Below are positions 1 to 13,739 of a stretch of DNA of 64,000 nucleotides, one piece after another. The translations under genes and the position numbers were made by a program. How positions within the stretch are numbered: the first letter of the stretch is position 1; each line of letters opens with the position of its first letter. The notes under the pieces are model-generated. The model searched no databases. It was not told where the DNA came from and saw only the letters and a program-made list of their open reading frames with translations. This DNA is from Balanoglossus misakiensis (Eukaryota > Animalia > Hemichordata): positions 9,661,625-9,725,624 of the forward strand of contig CM082579.2 of the NCBI GenBank assembly GCA_040954595.2, in the 5' to 3' direction.

Positions 1-805
1 TTCAAGCAAAATTTTAGTTTCACATTCTTTCTGAAAAGTAATTTATGCATATACCTCCACCATATTTTTTCACAACTTTGTTATCAAGGAACATTTGTCA
101 AACAAGTTTTCACAAGAATCAAAACACAAGACTTAATAAAATTTCACACAGGATAACAAACAGAAACCAAAATTTGACCAAATTAAGTAACTATTCACAC
201 AGTATTTCCGGTCACAATATCCAAAGCCAGTTGAACAAAATCTAGGGTTTGTCTCTCTCCCCCCAAAAATCCCACTCATCTTGCGTCAATACACCATATG
301 ACAGCAGTGTTATATAAAAATATTTTATTTGCAGATTTCAGTAAATGTTTCCACTCTTTTCAAGAGCACATTGGCAGTACTATCATTTTCACTGCAAACA
401 AAACTGTCAGACACTTTCCTGCATATTCGCAGAGAATACAGAACTGTTAAGATTTACAAAACAAGATCAGGTGATTTATCAAATGCATTTTTAAAACAAT
501 CTGTGGAAAATATACAATTTATTTTACAGCATCAAACATAAAATACCAAAAAAAAGAAACAAAGTATTAATATTTATAAAAACAAGAATTACAGCAAGAT
601 TATTTTTGACAATATCACGGTTAGAGATGATGTTATTTACATTGTATTTAAACCAATAGCCCTGAGGTGAAAGAATTTCTTAGATTTACAGGCACAGAAT
701 AGAAAGACCAGAGAGGTTATGAATAATTATTTGCACTTGTCTTTCCAAACCCCGTATTAAACTTAGCTAACACCAAGTGCAAGCTCTCTTTTTGTTATCC
801 AAACT

Positions 806-3800
806 TCACATCTCCTCAGTTTTTATACTTTCAGTTTTGACGTCGTCTTCTTTTGCTGGTTCCGGTTCTTTCTCTGCAGTCGTCTCTGCACTTTCTTGCT
901 GGCGCGGATCTGCAGCTTTGTCAGCCTCCGAAGTTTCTGAAGTTTTACTTTCTGTTGTACCCTCTGCAGTTTCTGTCGTTGTAGCCTCTGCGGTTTCTGT
1001 CGTTGTGACCACTGCCGTTTCTGTCGTTGTGACCACTGCCGTTTCTGTCGTTGTGACCACTGCCGTTTCTGTCGTTGTAGCCTCTGCCGTTTCTGTCGTA
1101 GTCTCTGCCGTTTCTGTGACCACTGCTGTTTCTATGACCACTGGAAACTGTGGTTTCGCTGGTTCCTCAACTGGAGTTGGCGTCTCTGGCACAACAGTAA
1201 CCTAGGTGGCAATAACAAACTATTAGAACATGATTTTTATGTCTTGAAACAACAGAGTTTACTTCCACTTTACAACATCTCTACATCTTGAACTAGATCA
1301 ATTTTCTACAGCCGGTGACTGTAGGCAATGGATCTAGTTCCATCTTCAAACAGGCACCCACAGATACCATTACATGCTACCCCAGGTAATTCAGTTTCAC
1401 ATACTAGTATATTGACAAATTTAAATTTAATACTCACATCTTTGGTGTCTTCATAACACAACGGATGATATGTCTGCAAAAAAAGTCCCAGAGAAGGTAA
1501 ATTAGCTTTCATCACATTTAACTTAATCTGCTGGGATAGAGAGTGTGAAAAGTACAGAAGAAACAGTATCCTCTTCCCGTAGAAACCAGTCATGCATTTT
1601 TTGTTTGCATTTAAATCAACAATGCAGAAATACCCAGAACACTCTAGGCCATAGCATGTATCACCCGCTATAGAGAGTGATCAAGAAATGAACACATTGG
1701 TTCTAAGCAGCTCAACCATCTAATTGTGACAGTCGGTGCCTACCTTGCCATCCACCCTGATTGCATCTTTCAGCTGCCACTGTTCCTCTTCCTCGTCCCA
1801 GAACTGTTCAAACGATTCCTGGCAGATATCACACACCTGGACAAAAAGAGGCAACAATTTATACGTTGAAGACTAGCACACTTCAGTGTGAGAGGCATTT
1901 GCTAAGAATTTCCCCACACAAAATCATGATAATATCCCATCCCAAAGACCAATTTTTCATAACAACACAACAGCAAAACAATAACACTCCAGTGAGTGAG
2001 AAGTTAGTTGTCCAATATCTACAGAAGAAACCATAACAAATGCAACTTGTCTGGGAAAACACATGGGCTCTGCATGCGTCAATAATCATCCCCCAAATAA
2101 TACTATGTTACATGTCACATATTTTCACAGCCAAAAATGAAAAAATCATTATAACAAGTTGCTGTAAACCAGCAACAACCAGAGAATTCAGAATTGAACT
2201 TACTTCTTCCGAGTCGTCCTCCCCTGTAACTGCAATGCTGGTCACCTGGTTTGGTTTCTTGATCAGGTCCGACAACCCTAACCTCGCCTGCAGCTCAAAG
2301 AACTCACTGCGAGCTAATTTTTCAAGACAAAAATAATCCAAAACAGTCAAGTTGCAGTTAACCTCAACTGAACACAGTAAATCATGCAGCTTGAGCACAC
2401 ACTCAAACTCACAGTAATTCAAACTTTTCAGAACTTCCCAGGATTCAAGTCAGAACTGACGTTTTCCAGTGACGGCTGTACAGAAATTGTGGTTGCAAAA
2501 CTCATTAACAACGCAAACATTTTTTCACAACAGTTGACATTTTACAATAGAGTAGTTGTGACAGTAATTAAGGCTAGAAAACTAGTAACTGCTAAGGCTA
2601 GCAACTGTTGCCATGGTTCCCAATCTGTTTTACCTTAATTCCCTACAGTGCGCCAACTCAATACAAGAATTGCGTCACAATCATACCAGTAATAACATAC
2701 CAGTAATAACATCATCCATATTCCCCTATGTTCTTTGAACTCTGTAAGTAAATGTCACGCATATGTATCTTACCTCCCTCTTCTATATCATCGATTTCCT
2801 CAAACTTGATCCAGTCGTCAACTTTGTAGTACCACTTGCGCGACGTCGCCCTCTTGGCTCCGTCCTTCTCCCGACGGTTCAACCGGAAATGCCAGTCCAA
2901 ATGTTTGGCATACCTATCCATCTCCTCCGGCAGGAAACGCAGTCCACACGACGAGCACTGGATGCCGTTGTAAATGCGGTTGATCACCCCCTGGAAGCGC
3001 CTGCAAATGACGAAACCGTTCCAAAGTCAATTATTCTGCAAGTGCATCAAAATGCCTCTCTGGTATAAAATATACACATCATTTTAATTTTGATAGTGGT
3101 TGCAAGTTTACATAACATGCAATAGTTTGATCATGGAAGCTTGGACCAAAACTTAAAGAGAAGGGGTCGTCGCGCCGCGAGGGTGTCCCCCTTGATGAGA
3201 ATATGCCCTCCCATACCAGCGTAAACCCCACTGCAGTCGCCAAGACCTACTAGGATCTTCAGTTGCTGCAATGCCCAGTCTACACTACAGTTGGCTGCTT
3301 CGTTCATTCTAAGAATGATCTAATTTGTTGTGGATGAATTGTAATGTTTATAAACAAACGCAGCGCGACGACCCATTCACTTTAAGCGAAATATCAATGC
3401 AAAAACCATCAGAATACAGCAAATACACATAAATTAAATTGTCACGGAAACATGGCTATATTAAAGATCATATCCAGCTGTCAGGTATTATAAGGCTCAC
3501 ACAAGCCTATTTTTTTCAACAAAACAACCACACCTAACCCGAGGAGTGGTTTATGATAGCTCACTACTTAAGGCTGGTAATTAAAACTGTATGACAAATG
3601 TTCACAAGTGGTCCCTTTGAACAATAAATGAGAGAGCAACAAGGGAAAATAGCCGGCACGTCAGTAGGAAACCACTGTCCACAGCACCGTCTACTCTCAC
3701 TCTCAGATACAACTGACTCACACTCGGAGTTCTTCTGGATAGAATCCAATTTCCGGGATGAGAAGATCTTGCTGCTCCTCTTCGCCATCCTCTTCCTTCT

Positions 3801-6800
3801 CCGCTTTCTTGGAGTCGTCTTGGCCCGAACTCTGTGGTGGTGGAGTATCGGCGCCTGGCCTGGGCGAATTGCTGCCTCCTTTGTGGATGATACCGGCTTG
3901 GAGGAGTTTCGAGAACAAGGAGTTGACGTCAACTTGGGTGGTGGCAGCTTCTTGCTGTGGTGAAGTTCCTGTAAAAGAAAGAGGGGGACAGTGTTTAACA
4001 TGCAAACCAAAACATGTCTGAATTTAAGCCATCCCAAGAAGGACGGAGAATCAATTTCTTATTGCGGTTTGATATGCATCGTTTAAAAATTTCTGTACAT
4101 AAGAAAAAAAAAGTAATACTGAACACCTACCTGTGCCCACAGCCTGAGATTGCACAACATGTTGTGGAATACCCTGGGGTACCATAGGCCCTCCCATGCC
4201 AAAGTTCATCATTCTGAAATCAGACAAAAACATTGACATCTGTACAATGCAACACTTTCAGACATTGCCACTTTCGAAATTACATTTTATTTTCAGTATT
4301 AAACAGCACTCTTGTGCAACAAACAAGAATCTTTACATCTTACAGCTATTCATTCACATTAATTACTCATTCATTTTATTGCAATATTTTGCGTTACTTA
4401 CCCCATACCCTGACTAACCATAGGGAAGCCTTGTTGCTGCATTCCCATGTTGGCTAGTGCAGCTGGCATTGATGGCATTCCAGGCATTTGCTGTCCTGGG
4501 CCCATCATCCCAAAAGCCAGCGGCTGTGTCATCATGGGGCCACCCAAGCTAAACTGTGGGCCTGCCATGGACTGATTTGGCATCATCTGTTGCTGGGGCT
4601 GATTTGCCATAGGCCCCGGCATTCCAGCGCCCCTCATCATCAGCTGACTCAGCATGTTTTGAGGCATCATTTGTGCTCCTGCATTCATTCCCTGCATCTG
4701 GACACCGTCCGGTCGAATACCACCGTCCATCATAGGCCTAATCAGTGGCGGACCATCCATCCCTGGCATGGGACCTGGCATCATAGGTCTGGGCATATCC
4801 ATCATGGGCCCTGGCCCTTCCATCCCGTGCATTCGACCTTCACCCATCATTGGACCAGGTCCTTCAGCCATTGGCCTTGATCTGTCCATCCTTTGCCCAG
4901 CACCATCATTTCTTCCCACAGGCCCTTTCATCCTCGACCTTTGCTCTTCCCTCGCAGATCTCTGGTGTTCATCACGTCTGCGATGGTCTCTGGGAAGCCC
5001 GGCTCCTTCCTCAGGCAACTGCCTCATGTCTTTATCTTTCATGCCGGGCCCAAACGACAGCGATTCGTCTGGTCTCCGCATGTCTCTATCAGTGGTACCA
5101 AACATACTGTTGTCTCCCGGCAACGGGCTGTTTCTGTCTGCATCATCTGCAAATCGCCTCGTTCCCGCCACATCCTCCTCTTTGCCGCCGGCCGGTCCTC
5201 TGACCGGCAATGACATCAGGGGAGGCGGATAGCTCCTATCCTGGGCGGACGCGGCATTCTCCGACTGCTCACTTCCCAGTTGATTCTGCGACTCCGACAT
5301 CGGCAACTCTCTCATGTCAACATCTGCCTTCAAACTGCCTCCGAACACTTCTTCACTTTGACCGCGAGGATCCGCTTTGCCAACAGAGGGCATTAGCAAC
5401 TCTAAGACCCGTTCATCGACGTCTTTGGCGGTGATTGGCTGGCCCTCCTGCGACGATGGCGCGCTCTCCATTCCTTTGAAGTAAGTCTGCGGGTCGTCAG
5501 TATCCCTGCGCGCATCGTAGTCTCTGGCTGGACGACTGTAAACCACTGCCGTGCCTGTCGTCATCTTCTCCTCCCTGAGTCTTTGTAACTGATACAAATC
5601 ATTCAGTTGCATGAGGAGCTCTTGATGTTCCTTGTGGCTGAGCTGACCAGAATTCAACTTTTCTCCTGCCTGACATTTCACACAAATGAAGAAAATACTG
5701 CATGATTATATCACACTAAAAATTATCACTTTCAACATCATGCACAAAATTGAACCTCTTCATTTTGGGCTGGGGGTTCAATTAAAGGGTCATCAGCTGT
5801 AACTTTCAGCTTTATTTCCAGTATTTTTGTTTATTTTAAGGCAATCCACCCTTGTTTATGATTCTCATCATGTCACTCGTCTTCTATACATCATTGGCTC
5901 CATCACGTGCTACGTTTCATTTCTCAATGACAGAAACAGTTGATTATGATGGCATGTAGACAAAACTCTTACCTGTTCTATGATATCTTTTTGCTTACTG
6001 AGAGTGAGTTCCTTCGGTATTTTCACGTCAGGGTCCAGGCTCAGTCGCCTCTCCAGTGGCCGTCTGCCTGGCGGTCGAGACCACTGTCTGTTGCCAGACC
6101 ATCCTTGCCTTCTCCAGTCATCGGCCCTATAATTAATCGACAAACGGCTGTGTTTACACTCATTTATCATTATGATTTTTTCTGATTAAATCACATTTTT
6201 TCACCCATTGTATCACCAATAATTGATCAATCTGATCTCAGTGGTGTTGTAGACTTTAATAGGCAAATATCTGACTGTATTTTGATTAAAATCTACTGAA
6301 CATGGTGCACAGAAAGAGTGGTTATTTTGTTCATTTTGATATACAACAACCCTATGGATACTGTTTCTCCTGACCTCTCTCTATAACATCTTTTAGCCCT
6401 TTGCACCCTGACCAATGATCACACTTGAAAGATTTCTTCTGAGCTGTGTTCAACAAGACCATTGGCATCTCAAACAACATGTTGACACTACTAATTTGTG
6501 TTGGCTACAACAGTATATGAAACTTACCACACATCTTGTGCTCGTCCCATCCTTGCTCTTTTCATCGGTGGAAAGTCCGGTCCAGCATAGTCCCCCGGTC
6601 GTCGTCTCGGATACCTGTCATCTGAATAACTATCCCTCCCCCTGATTCCTTCGCCTCCCATCATCTTACCATCCTCCCTCTCATCATTCTCTTTCCTATT
6701 CTTATCACTGGGCCTTGCGTCCCTACCCCTTCTTTCAACTCTATCCTTGACATCCCTCCTGTTTCTCCTCAGTGGCGATCTCGACCGGGTCATGTAGCGT

Positions 6801-9800
6801 CTACTTTCCATCTTCGGAGACAATCCCCTGGACCTCGGCGACCTGGCTCCAGTTCTCGTCGGAGATTTTGACCTTGACCTCCCCGGCGACTTGGATCTTG
6901 ATCTATTCTTGTCATCTACCGAACTTCTTCTACTTCCCGAGCTTCTGTCGCTCTCCGATTTGGTTTCACCCTTTTTGTCCTTTGGTTTCTCTCGCTTGTC
7001 ATTTTTATCGCTCGACTTTCCACTGTCTGTCTTTCTTACAGACTTGCGATCTCTTGCAACACGGGAAGGTGGGGTTTTCTTTTCCTTTCCTGTCTTTGTC
7101 TCTTCAGGTTTTTCTTCTTTGTTGTCATCTTTTTTGACTTCTTTACTGTCTGGCTTATTTTCCTTGATGTCTGTCTTTGAGTCCACACTCTTATTATTTG
7201 TTTTCGCCTTCGAATCTGCCCTACTACTTTGATTCGGTTTGTCCTTATCTGCTTTGCGATAATTCCTGGTTTGTTTCACCGGAGTTTCCTTGGACCCCTT
7301 AGGACTTTCCTTGTTCGTCTTTCGTTTCTTGTGAAAAGTATCCATTTTCTTGGTATCTGCCGGCTCACTATTTTTAGGAATCTCCCTTACAGGTGAACCT
7401 TGTGGGGAGTCGGCCAATGGCGACAGTCGTGGGGAGTTGGCGAGTTCTTTGATAATTTCCTGAACAGCTGGTGCGGTTACTTTAGGCTGTGTGTTCGCTT
7501 TTTGCTGCGCTAGCCGAGGATCTCTAATCCTTGGGTCTCTGCTGTTGATCCTAGGATCCCTAGTACTGGTGTTTGTTGCCACAGGCTGGAAAAAAAATAT
7601 AGTCTTGCAAGTTAGTTTTGTTCATTTTCCAGAAAAAAATGTGGCTGTACCAGTAAAACACAAAGTCATTCAAGCAGGATCTGTAAAACTGTATGCAAAG
7701 ACTGCAACACATGGATTGCTTCTACTCACACCTACCTGTGGCTTTGAGGCAGCGACGTCGCCTCGAAGTGCTTTCTTCTGCTGTGCTTTAGGCTGTAAAT
7801 GCTGAACGGGCTTCGATTGTAAATGTGCCTGTGTTTGCGGCTGCACTTTCGGCTGCTCCAGCTGCTGTTTCCGCTGCGCCTGAATGACCAGCTCCACTTT
7901 CTTCTGTTCCAGGTCTTTGGTCTGCTGCTCAATCCTGGACTTGGTCTGCTGCAGCTCCATTTCCAGCTTCTTCTGCTGCAGCTGCAGCAGCTCGTGCTGT
8001 TTGGCGATGAGCTGCTGTCGCATGAGGGCCTCCTGTTTCTCTTGATCCGCCTGCCGCTGCAACTCCTCGTTCAGAGGGGCGCCGCTCACGTCGTCCGTTG
8101 GAGTTAGGATTTCACCTCCTGAATCGGTCTGGGTTACAAATCAAACGGCAAAACTCACACAATGCTTCAAGACCAGGAATTGAAATACAAAAGCTTTATA
8201 GATAAAGTGCATCTCAATTCACATGGCAAACGCACGTAGACGGACAATGAAGAGATACAAGGCTGCAGGTATTAGCTGGAAAGACATGAAAAATGTACAG
8301 TACACTGTTGACCTATACTGGTAAATGTGAAAGCTCTAGTTAGTATCGGCTCTGCTGGCCAAAGTGACCCCTCTCCACACTGAAACCTAAACACTCTAAG
8401 GAGGAAAAAGAAAACTGTTAGTAGATAAAATGAAACACGATAAGAAAATATGAGCTTGCCTACCTTTTTGATAAACTTTGGATTGACATGAATTGTGGGC
8501 TGCTGTGGAGGTGGTGTCATAATGGGCCATGCTGGATCAATTGAATTGACTTGAACATCGAGTGGATGGAGTTTGTTTGGTGGGAAAAACTCATTCCACG
8601 TTGTCCGCAATTTGAACATGGCCTGTCGGGTTTTCTCATCAACCTAAAATAATTCCGTTTCAGGAATTCAGCGATTCAACAAAGTTTACATGAATAAAGA
8701 GAAAGGGTCATTACAACAGTCTCTAGTTAAAAAGTCCAACATTCAAATGGAAATTTAAGGGATCACAAGTTCCTATACAAACAGCCCCGCAGAAATATGA
8801 TGTATCCATTCTCTTTTGCATGATTATCAGCTTGCAGTGCACAACAAGAACACTTCATGGTGCAAACAGCTGTTCCTTCGTCCATAACATTACTGTTTAT
8901 TAAGTGCTATACCCTGACCAAAGCCATTGCAACAGATAGTGAAATGACGAAACTGAGAGTCCACTCATTTTAAAGTTCCATTAGCTGCAACTTTTCGCTA
9001 TGTTTTCAGTATTTATGTTTTGTGTATCTATACTGAAATACCCAGCTCTTAGCTTATCAACACAACATATATGTGTATAGTCAGCATTGTCATTGTGTAA
9101 ATTTGAATTCAAGTCCGGACGAGAATTCATCTGTCTATAACAATGGTCATTGACATTACACACATACAGGCTACATAGGCAAGTGGAGTACTAGGTATAT
9201 TAGCATGCTGTTTGGAGTAGAGCGAGAAATAAATTGAATTTGATACACAGAACAAAACATTGAAAAAAGCCATAAGTCACAGCTAATATCCTTTTAAGGC
9301 ACCCCAACTCCCCCTTACAAAAAGGATTACAAGAAACCATCAAGGTTATCTGAAGGTCAGTACTGGCACTGACTTACTGCTGATCAAAGATTTCACACTC
9401 CAATCAATCTCTGACTTGTAAGGGGAAATTTAGAATTTCCTTAGTCAGTCTCTCACACAAACACATTCAAAGAATTACACTTACAAATTTCTTATAAAAT
9501 AAAATAGTATAATGATGCTAACCTTTGCAAATACTCCACAAAATACAGACACAATGTTTTTTGTAAATAAGCTGCGATATGTTCCATTTACATTTTTCAA
9601 GATAGAATCTAACAGGTACAAAACTGGTAACTTTTCTGCTGATTTCGCCTGGATAGACAATATATAAATTTAAAAAAACAATTGTTATGGACACACATGC
9701 ATCGGCTGTACCTACAGGAGAAAAAAGAGAAACTATTGAGTAGTAGTGAAATACGTGAGAAACTTGTCAACAATGAACAATACAGGTCGGCTAGAGATTG

Positions 9801-12800
9801 ATCTCTAGCTCTGGAGACTCCCCATTGGTTGAGTCAACTAAATATCCACGAATGTTTGAAACAAAGAGCTTTACATGTCAGCAAAACATTGCCAAGCAGC
9901 ATAAAATCATAGCCACATTCTTTCGTCTGGGATGACTCCATCAGTACATGTGTTCTACTGTGCTCTTCCTGAGGTCTAACAAAAAGATCACAACTTGATA
10001 GAGTGATAAATGCTCCATGACGTGTCCTTTAGTATATAGGTAATGCTCAGCATGTCGTACAAAATCCTTGCAATGGGACAGCCGTTATTTTTTTCTCTCT
10101 CAAAGAGCTCAACACCGGTTTCTTGTTCTACATGTATTTTGTAGAGCATGTTGATATTCCATACATTTAGCCTGTTAACATCCAGTAATTATAGCCTGTC
10201 AAATGTATTCCCATGAATTGTTACAACTTACATGAAGAATGTGTTGAAACCCATATTCCACAAATATATGTAAAGGCTGACATTTTGAAAATTTCACGGT
10301 AATTTTTCAAAGAATGATGTTGTCTGTAGTTTTGAAAACAAATGCTATGCAAGAATGTCAAGCCCACTATATCCAGTCCAAATATTACATTTTCTCTTCA
10401 TTTGGTCAACATCATACATTTCCCCCTTTGAAATTCACTTTCTGATTAGGCTTCCTGTATTTTTTCAAAACAAACATCAATATCAGATCCCCAAGCAGCC
10501 ACACCTCACATGAGAAATCTCCCTTCTGGCAAGCAGCCAAAAGCATCAAATTTCAGACAATCCCAAATCCAAAATTTGGGGAAGTGTGCTAGGTTTTTCT
10601 CAGTAGTGAAACACGGCGAACAAACATTTACAGTGTGGGTGTACAAAATAGGTGCCATTTCCTTCATGTGTTGAAATTCAATTGAGCCAGTGAAACTTGC
10701 TAGAGAAGAGTATGAAATTCCCTTATTGGCACTGGTGTCACCACCATACTACATGTAGGTATCTTGTGCGAATGCGATAGTTGTTGGCATTTGAGTATGC
10801 AAGTCGATGACATCCACCAGGTTGCTCTCCACAGGCACAATTCGGTACCAGCAGTTTGTGTGGTCTCGAATATGGAAGGAATGGACTATATATTATTCTA
10901 CTTCACCGACTTGATGCAAGTACCACTTGGAAGGGAAATCCGATTTGACAATTGATTTTAATACTTGTCTGTGGATGCAAATTGTTATGGCATATAAAAC
11001 CTGCCCAACAAATTTACAGAATTTGTCAGAATTGTATTGATGGTAAAATGTATAAACTGTTTGGAGAGGGAAACTGCATAAGTTCATATTCACAAGTAGT
11101 TGTAGTTTTAAAATTTCTGTTCACATTTAAAGTAATAATTTTTCATAATTTTACAATTGTTTAGTATCCAAGTACTTGCTCCCCTTTCCAAACAGGTATA
11201 CATACCACACCTCCTTCCAAGGAAACATGCAAGTCAACGAAGTTAAAATAATAGAATTGCATCCTTTCCAAATCATGACCACTCCATTTGTAAAATAACG
11301 TTGTTGAAGCACAGCATATCTCTTAACAGAAACTGCATGTTCACTTCTGGATGTTTCCATAACAAGTGCCATTTGCCACTTGTAACGATGAATATATGCC
11401 TGCCATGCTATGCCACCAAGCCATTCCAGCGGTGCCTCGGGTACAGGGTACCAGAGAGTTCTGCCATCTCATGTGGGTATCGTAATTACACTGCTCAGGT
11501 ACTGCATCTGTTGTCTTCTTTACTGCTAAAGGACAAGTGAATTGTCTTCTGGATGGCTCACAGACTGCCATTTCACTTTCTCCATATCTGCTACTGTTGG
11601 ACCAGTTGTTGACCATGGGGGAAAGGGCCAGTTGTACGGGGCTTTATAGATTTATGTCAACTCTCCACTTTAATAGTATATTTTTATTCTTTTGTATCAT
11701 TTCATTGTTTACTTTCACATTGCCAATTATTAATGGAGGCATGAAAAACTTATCAATCTATGGAGCGGACATATATCTATTTGCTGTGGGCATGGGCAAA
11801 GTTCACTGATGAAATAAAAGATTTAAAAAAATATACTTTTCCCACCAGGTCAGTATAAAAGAATACACCAAGACATGCTGGTATGTTGGTCTTTTATTGA
11901 CTGTTGGCCCCTGCATCAAGGTCCATAGTACGGTCATGTACGATTTGAAAAAGTTTGAAGACGGGGAGAGTTAATGCCCAGCCAGGATTTTGTAACACTT
12001 TGCTGCAACTCCCACCAAAACAGAAGAAAATCTGCTGTTGTTCATTGCAAAACATCAAACAAATGATATTGATGCCCTCTTGCTTTTGGTAGAAATCTGA
12101 TAATAGAGAACCCTGGCTGGAAACATGGGACTTTTGAATATTCAGGATGACTCGCAATCAGCTGCTCGTAATTATAGTATGTGCTGCAAGGTAAATTTGC
12201 TACATGTGACTATGAATATCGCCAGGCAATCTGAATACTTAAAGTTGTGATGTCTTGCTAATTTCAAAAATGGAATAAAGGAGCAAAATTACATGCGTTT
12301 TGGGTGACTTGTGTGATATTTCCCCAAAATTAGGTTGTGTTCTTGAAGAAATTTGAAAAGTATGGACATGTCGTATGTACTATAATAAGAAGTATAACAC
12401 ATGTCAATAACATGCCAAAAGATCCTTGTCCCTTCTATTATGGTAGTTCAGCTTTATATTTAATTCAACCAGAACATTTTGATTAAAATGAGGGTGGTGT
12501 AAAATGGTGTTGGGTTAACCCTAACAGTGCCAAGTCAGTAGGAAACGTAATTATTTTCCTACCCCCCTAGAATCCCGGGCATACTTGACTGTGGAGAAAT
12601 GAACTGGTATCAGACTGTGTAATGTCAAATATTTGAACAGCTGAGTACATACTAAACCGCCTCTGCTGGGTAATTTGATCAGGCCAAGATGATCATAAAC
12701 AGTGGATACAGCTAGATTGAGGCAAACGACCCTGTCTAAATACACACATGGCAGCTAATCAAAGAAACCAACACTGTCTAAATACGTATTCCAGTGATGA

Positions 12801-13739
12801 TACGTATCTATATGGACTTGAGACTCTAACGGGTTATGACACCCGGTAGCAATAGGGTTAAATTTAACAAGAATGGGAAAATGAATGTTTGAACCAGGGG
12901 AAATTCTTTCCATTACATCACATTTTCCTAACAAAATGATTGTGAAATAGTCTATTAAGCTGGTGATACTGAAGACGATTATCAGAAAAGAAGAAAATGC
13001 CAAGACATCACAGCTTTAAATGACATGCAAGTGTGTAGAACAGAATGACTATGTGCAAATGTATTTTTGTACCCCTGATGTACATTGTATTTTAAAGAAT
13101 TCCCATCGAACATAAAGTCGGTAGTTGTCTTAAATCTATAGTCTGACAAAAACAGAAAATAGTAAAGATATTGCCATGACGAACGTTCGATTGGTTTCGA
13201 AATTTAGCCGCCTGTTCTTCACAATTTATGTAAATTTTGAAAATATAGACAACCATTAAAACGAAAGACCAACCTTTTGTTTGGGGTAAAAACAATCAAA
13301 CGAGCAATAACGCTATCTAATATCTACAACGCAAAATGTATTTGGTACTGTAGCACACATGTTAGACGAAATCTGTGTGAAACTGGCAATTTCAGCGTAA
13401 AATTTGCAACAAACTGTGTCGAAATTGTAACGAAATTCTCGTGCGTCATATGATCCACACACATGATCTGAACACGTCTCTTTATTCCTGAAAGTGGCTC
13501 TTCGTAATGATTTTTTTTTTAAAATCTATACATGAAAAAAATCCGAAATATATAATATTATCTCAATTAACTATAAAAACCTGATTCAATCTTTCTTCTA
13601 TAAGCCTCACGACATGTGGAGCGTAAGCGATGTTTTCTTCGGACAGCATCGTCAGCATATTGATCAACGGCTTGCTGTTGAGGGTGAGATCGGACAAAGA
13701 TGACTCGAAATCTTCGCAGAACGCCTGTTCTTCCGACAT
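806..13739 (-). CDS. PCF11: Pre-mRNA cleavage complex II protein Pcf11 (14 exons, ~1509 aa)
   Basis: Exons with GT-AG boundaries and consistent phases: 13739-13581, 9648-9523, 8643-8464, 8128-7736, 7585-6528, 6126-5973, 5669-4402, 4213-4131, 3968-3722, 3000-2774, 2313-2204, 1836-1744, 1473-1438, 1201-806. N-terminal CID domain (SSLSDLTLNSKPLINMLTMLSEEN...KLPVLYLLDSILKN), Q-rich coiled coil, RS-rich region, zinc finger CSSCGLRF...HLDWHF with SRKWY Clp1-binding segment, second zinc finger CDICQESFEQFWDEEEEQW...YHPLC. Confidence 0.95.
962..1135 (-). repeat. 24-nt coding tandem repeat (TTTETAVV/TTTETAEA) in the PCF11 last exon
   Basis: About 7 units of ctgccgtttctgtcgttgtgacca and variants. Confidence 0.9.
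3157..3381. mobile_element. MITE with TTAA target-site duplication (Kolobok-like ends)
   Basis: TTAA|AGAGAAGGGGTCGTCGCG ... CGCGACGACCCATTCACT|TTAA; imperfect terminal inverted repeats; inside a PCF11 intron. Confidence 0.75.
9180..9290 (+). repeat. Dispersed repeat, copy 1 (copy 2 at ~22088-22210)
   Basis: Both copies share the blocks ggagtact, tagcatgctgtttggagtag, tttgatacacagaa and acagctaat. Confidence 0.8.
13455..13532 (-). terminator. Candidate intronic polyadenylation site in PCF11 intron 1
   Basis: On the minus strand: UGUA (13532-13529), AAUAAA (13486-13481), CA at +10 and +15, then UGUGUGUGG (13463-13455). Confidence 0.45.

Noticed and set aside
962-1135. CRISPR-like regular repeats
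   Set aside because: No unique spacers, eukaryotic context, and the repeat is coding.
777-8107. Plus-strand ORFs overlapping PCF11 exons (e.g. 777-1205, 4488-5434, 6772-7232)
   Set aside because: Antisense shadows of low-complexity coding sequence with no domain signal.
10700-12200. Short ORFs in PCF11 intron 1 as a nested gene
   Set aside because: No recognisable domains and no convincing splice chain.
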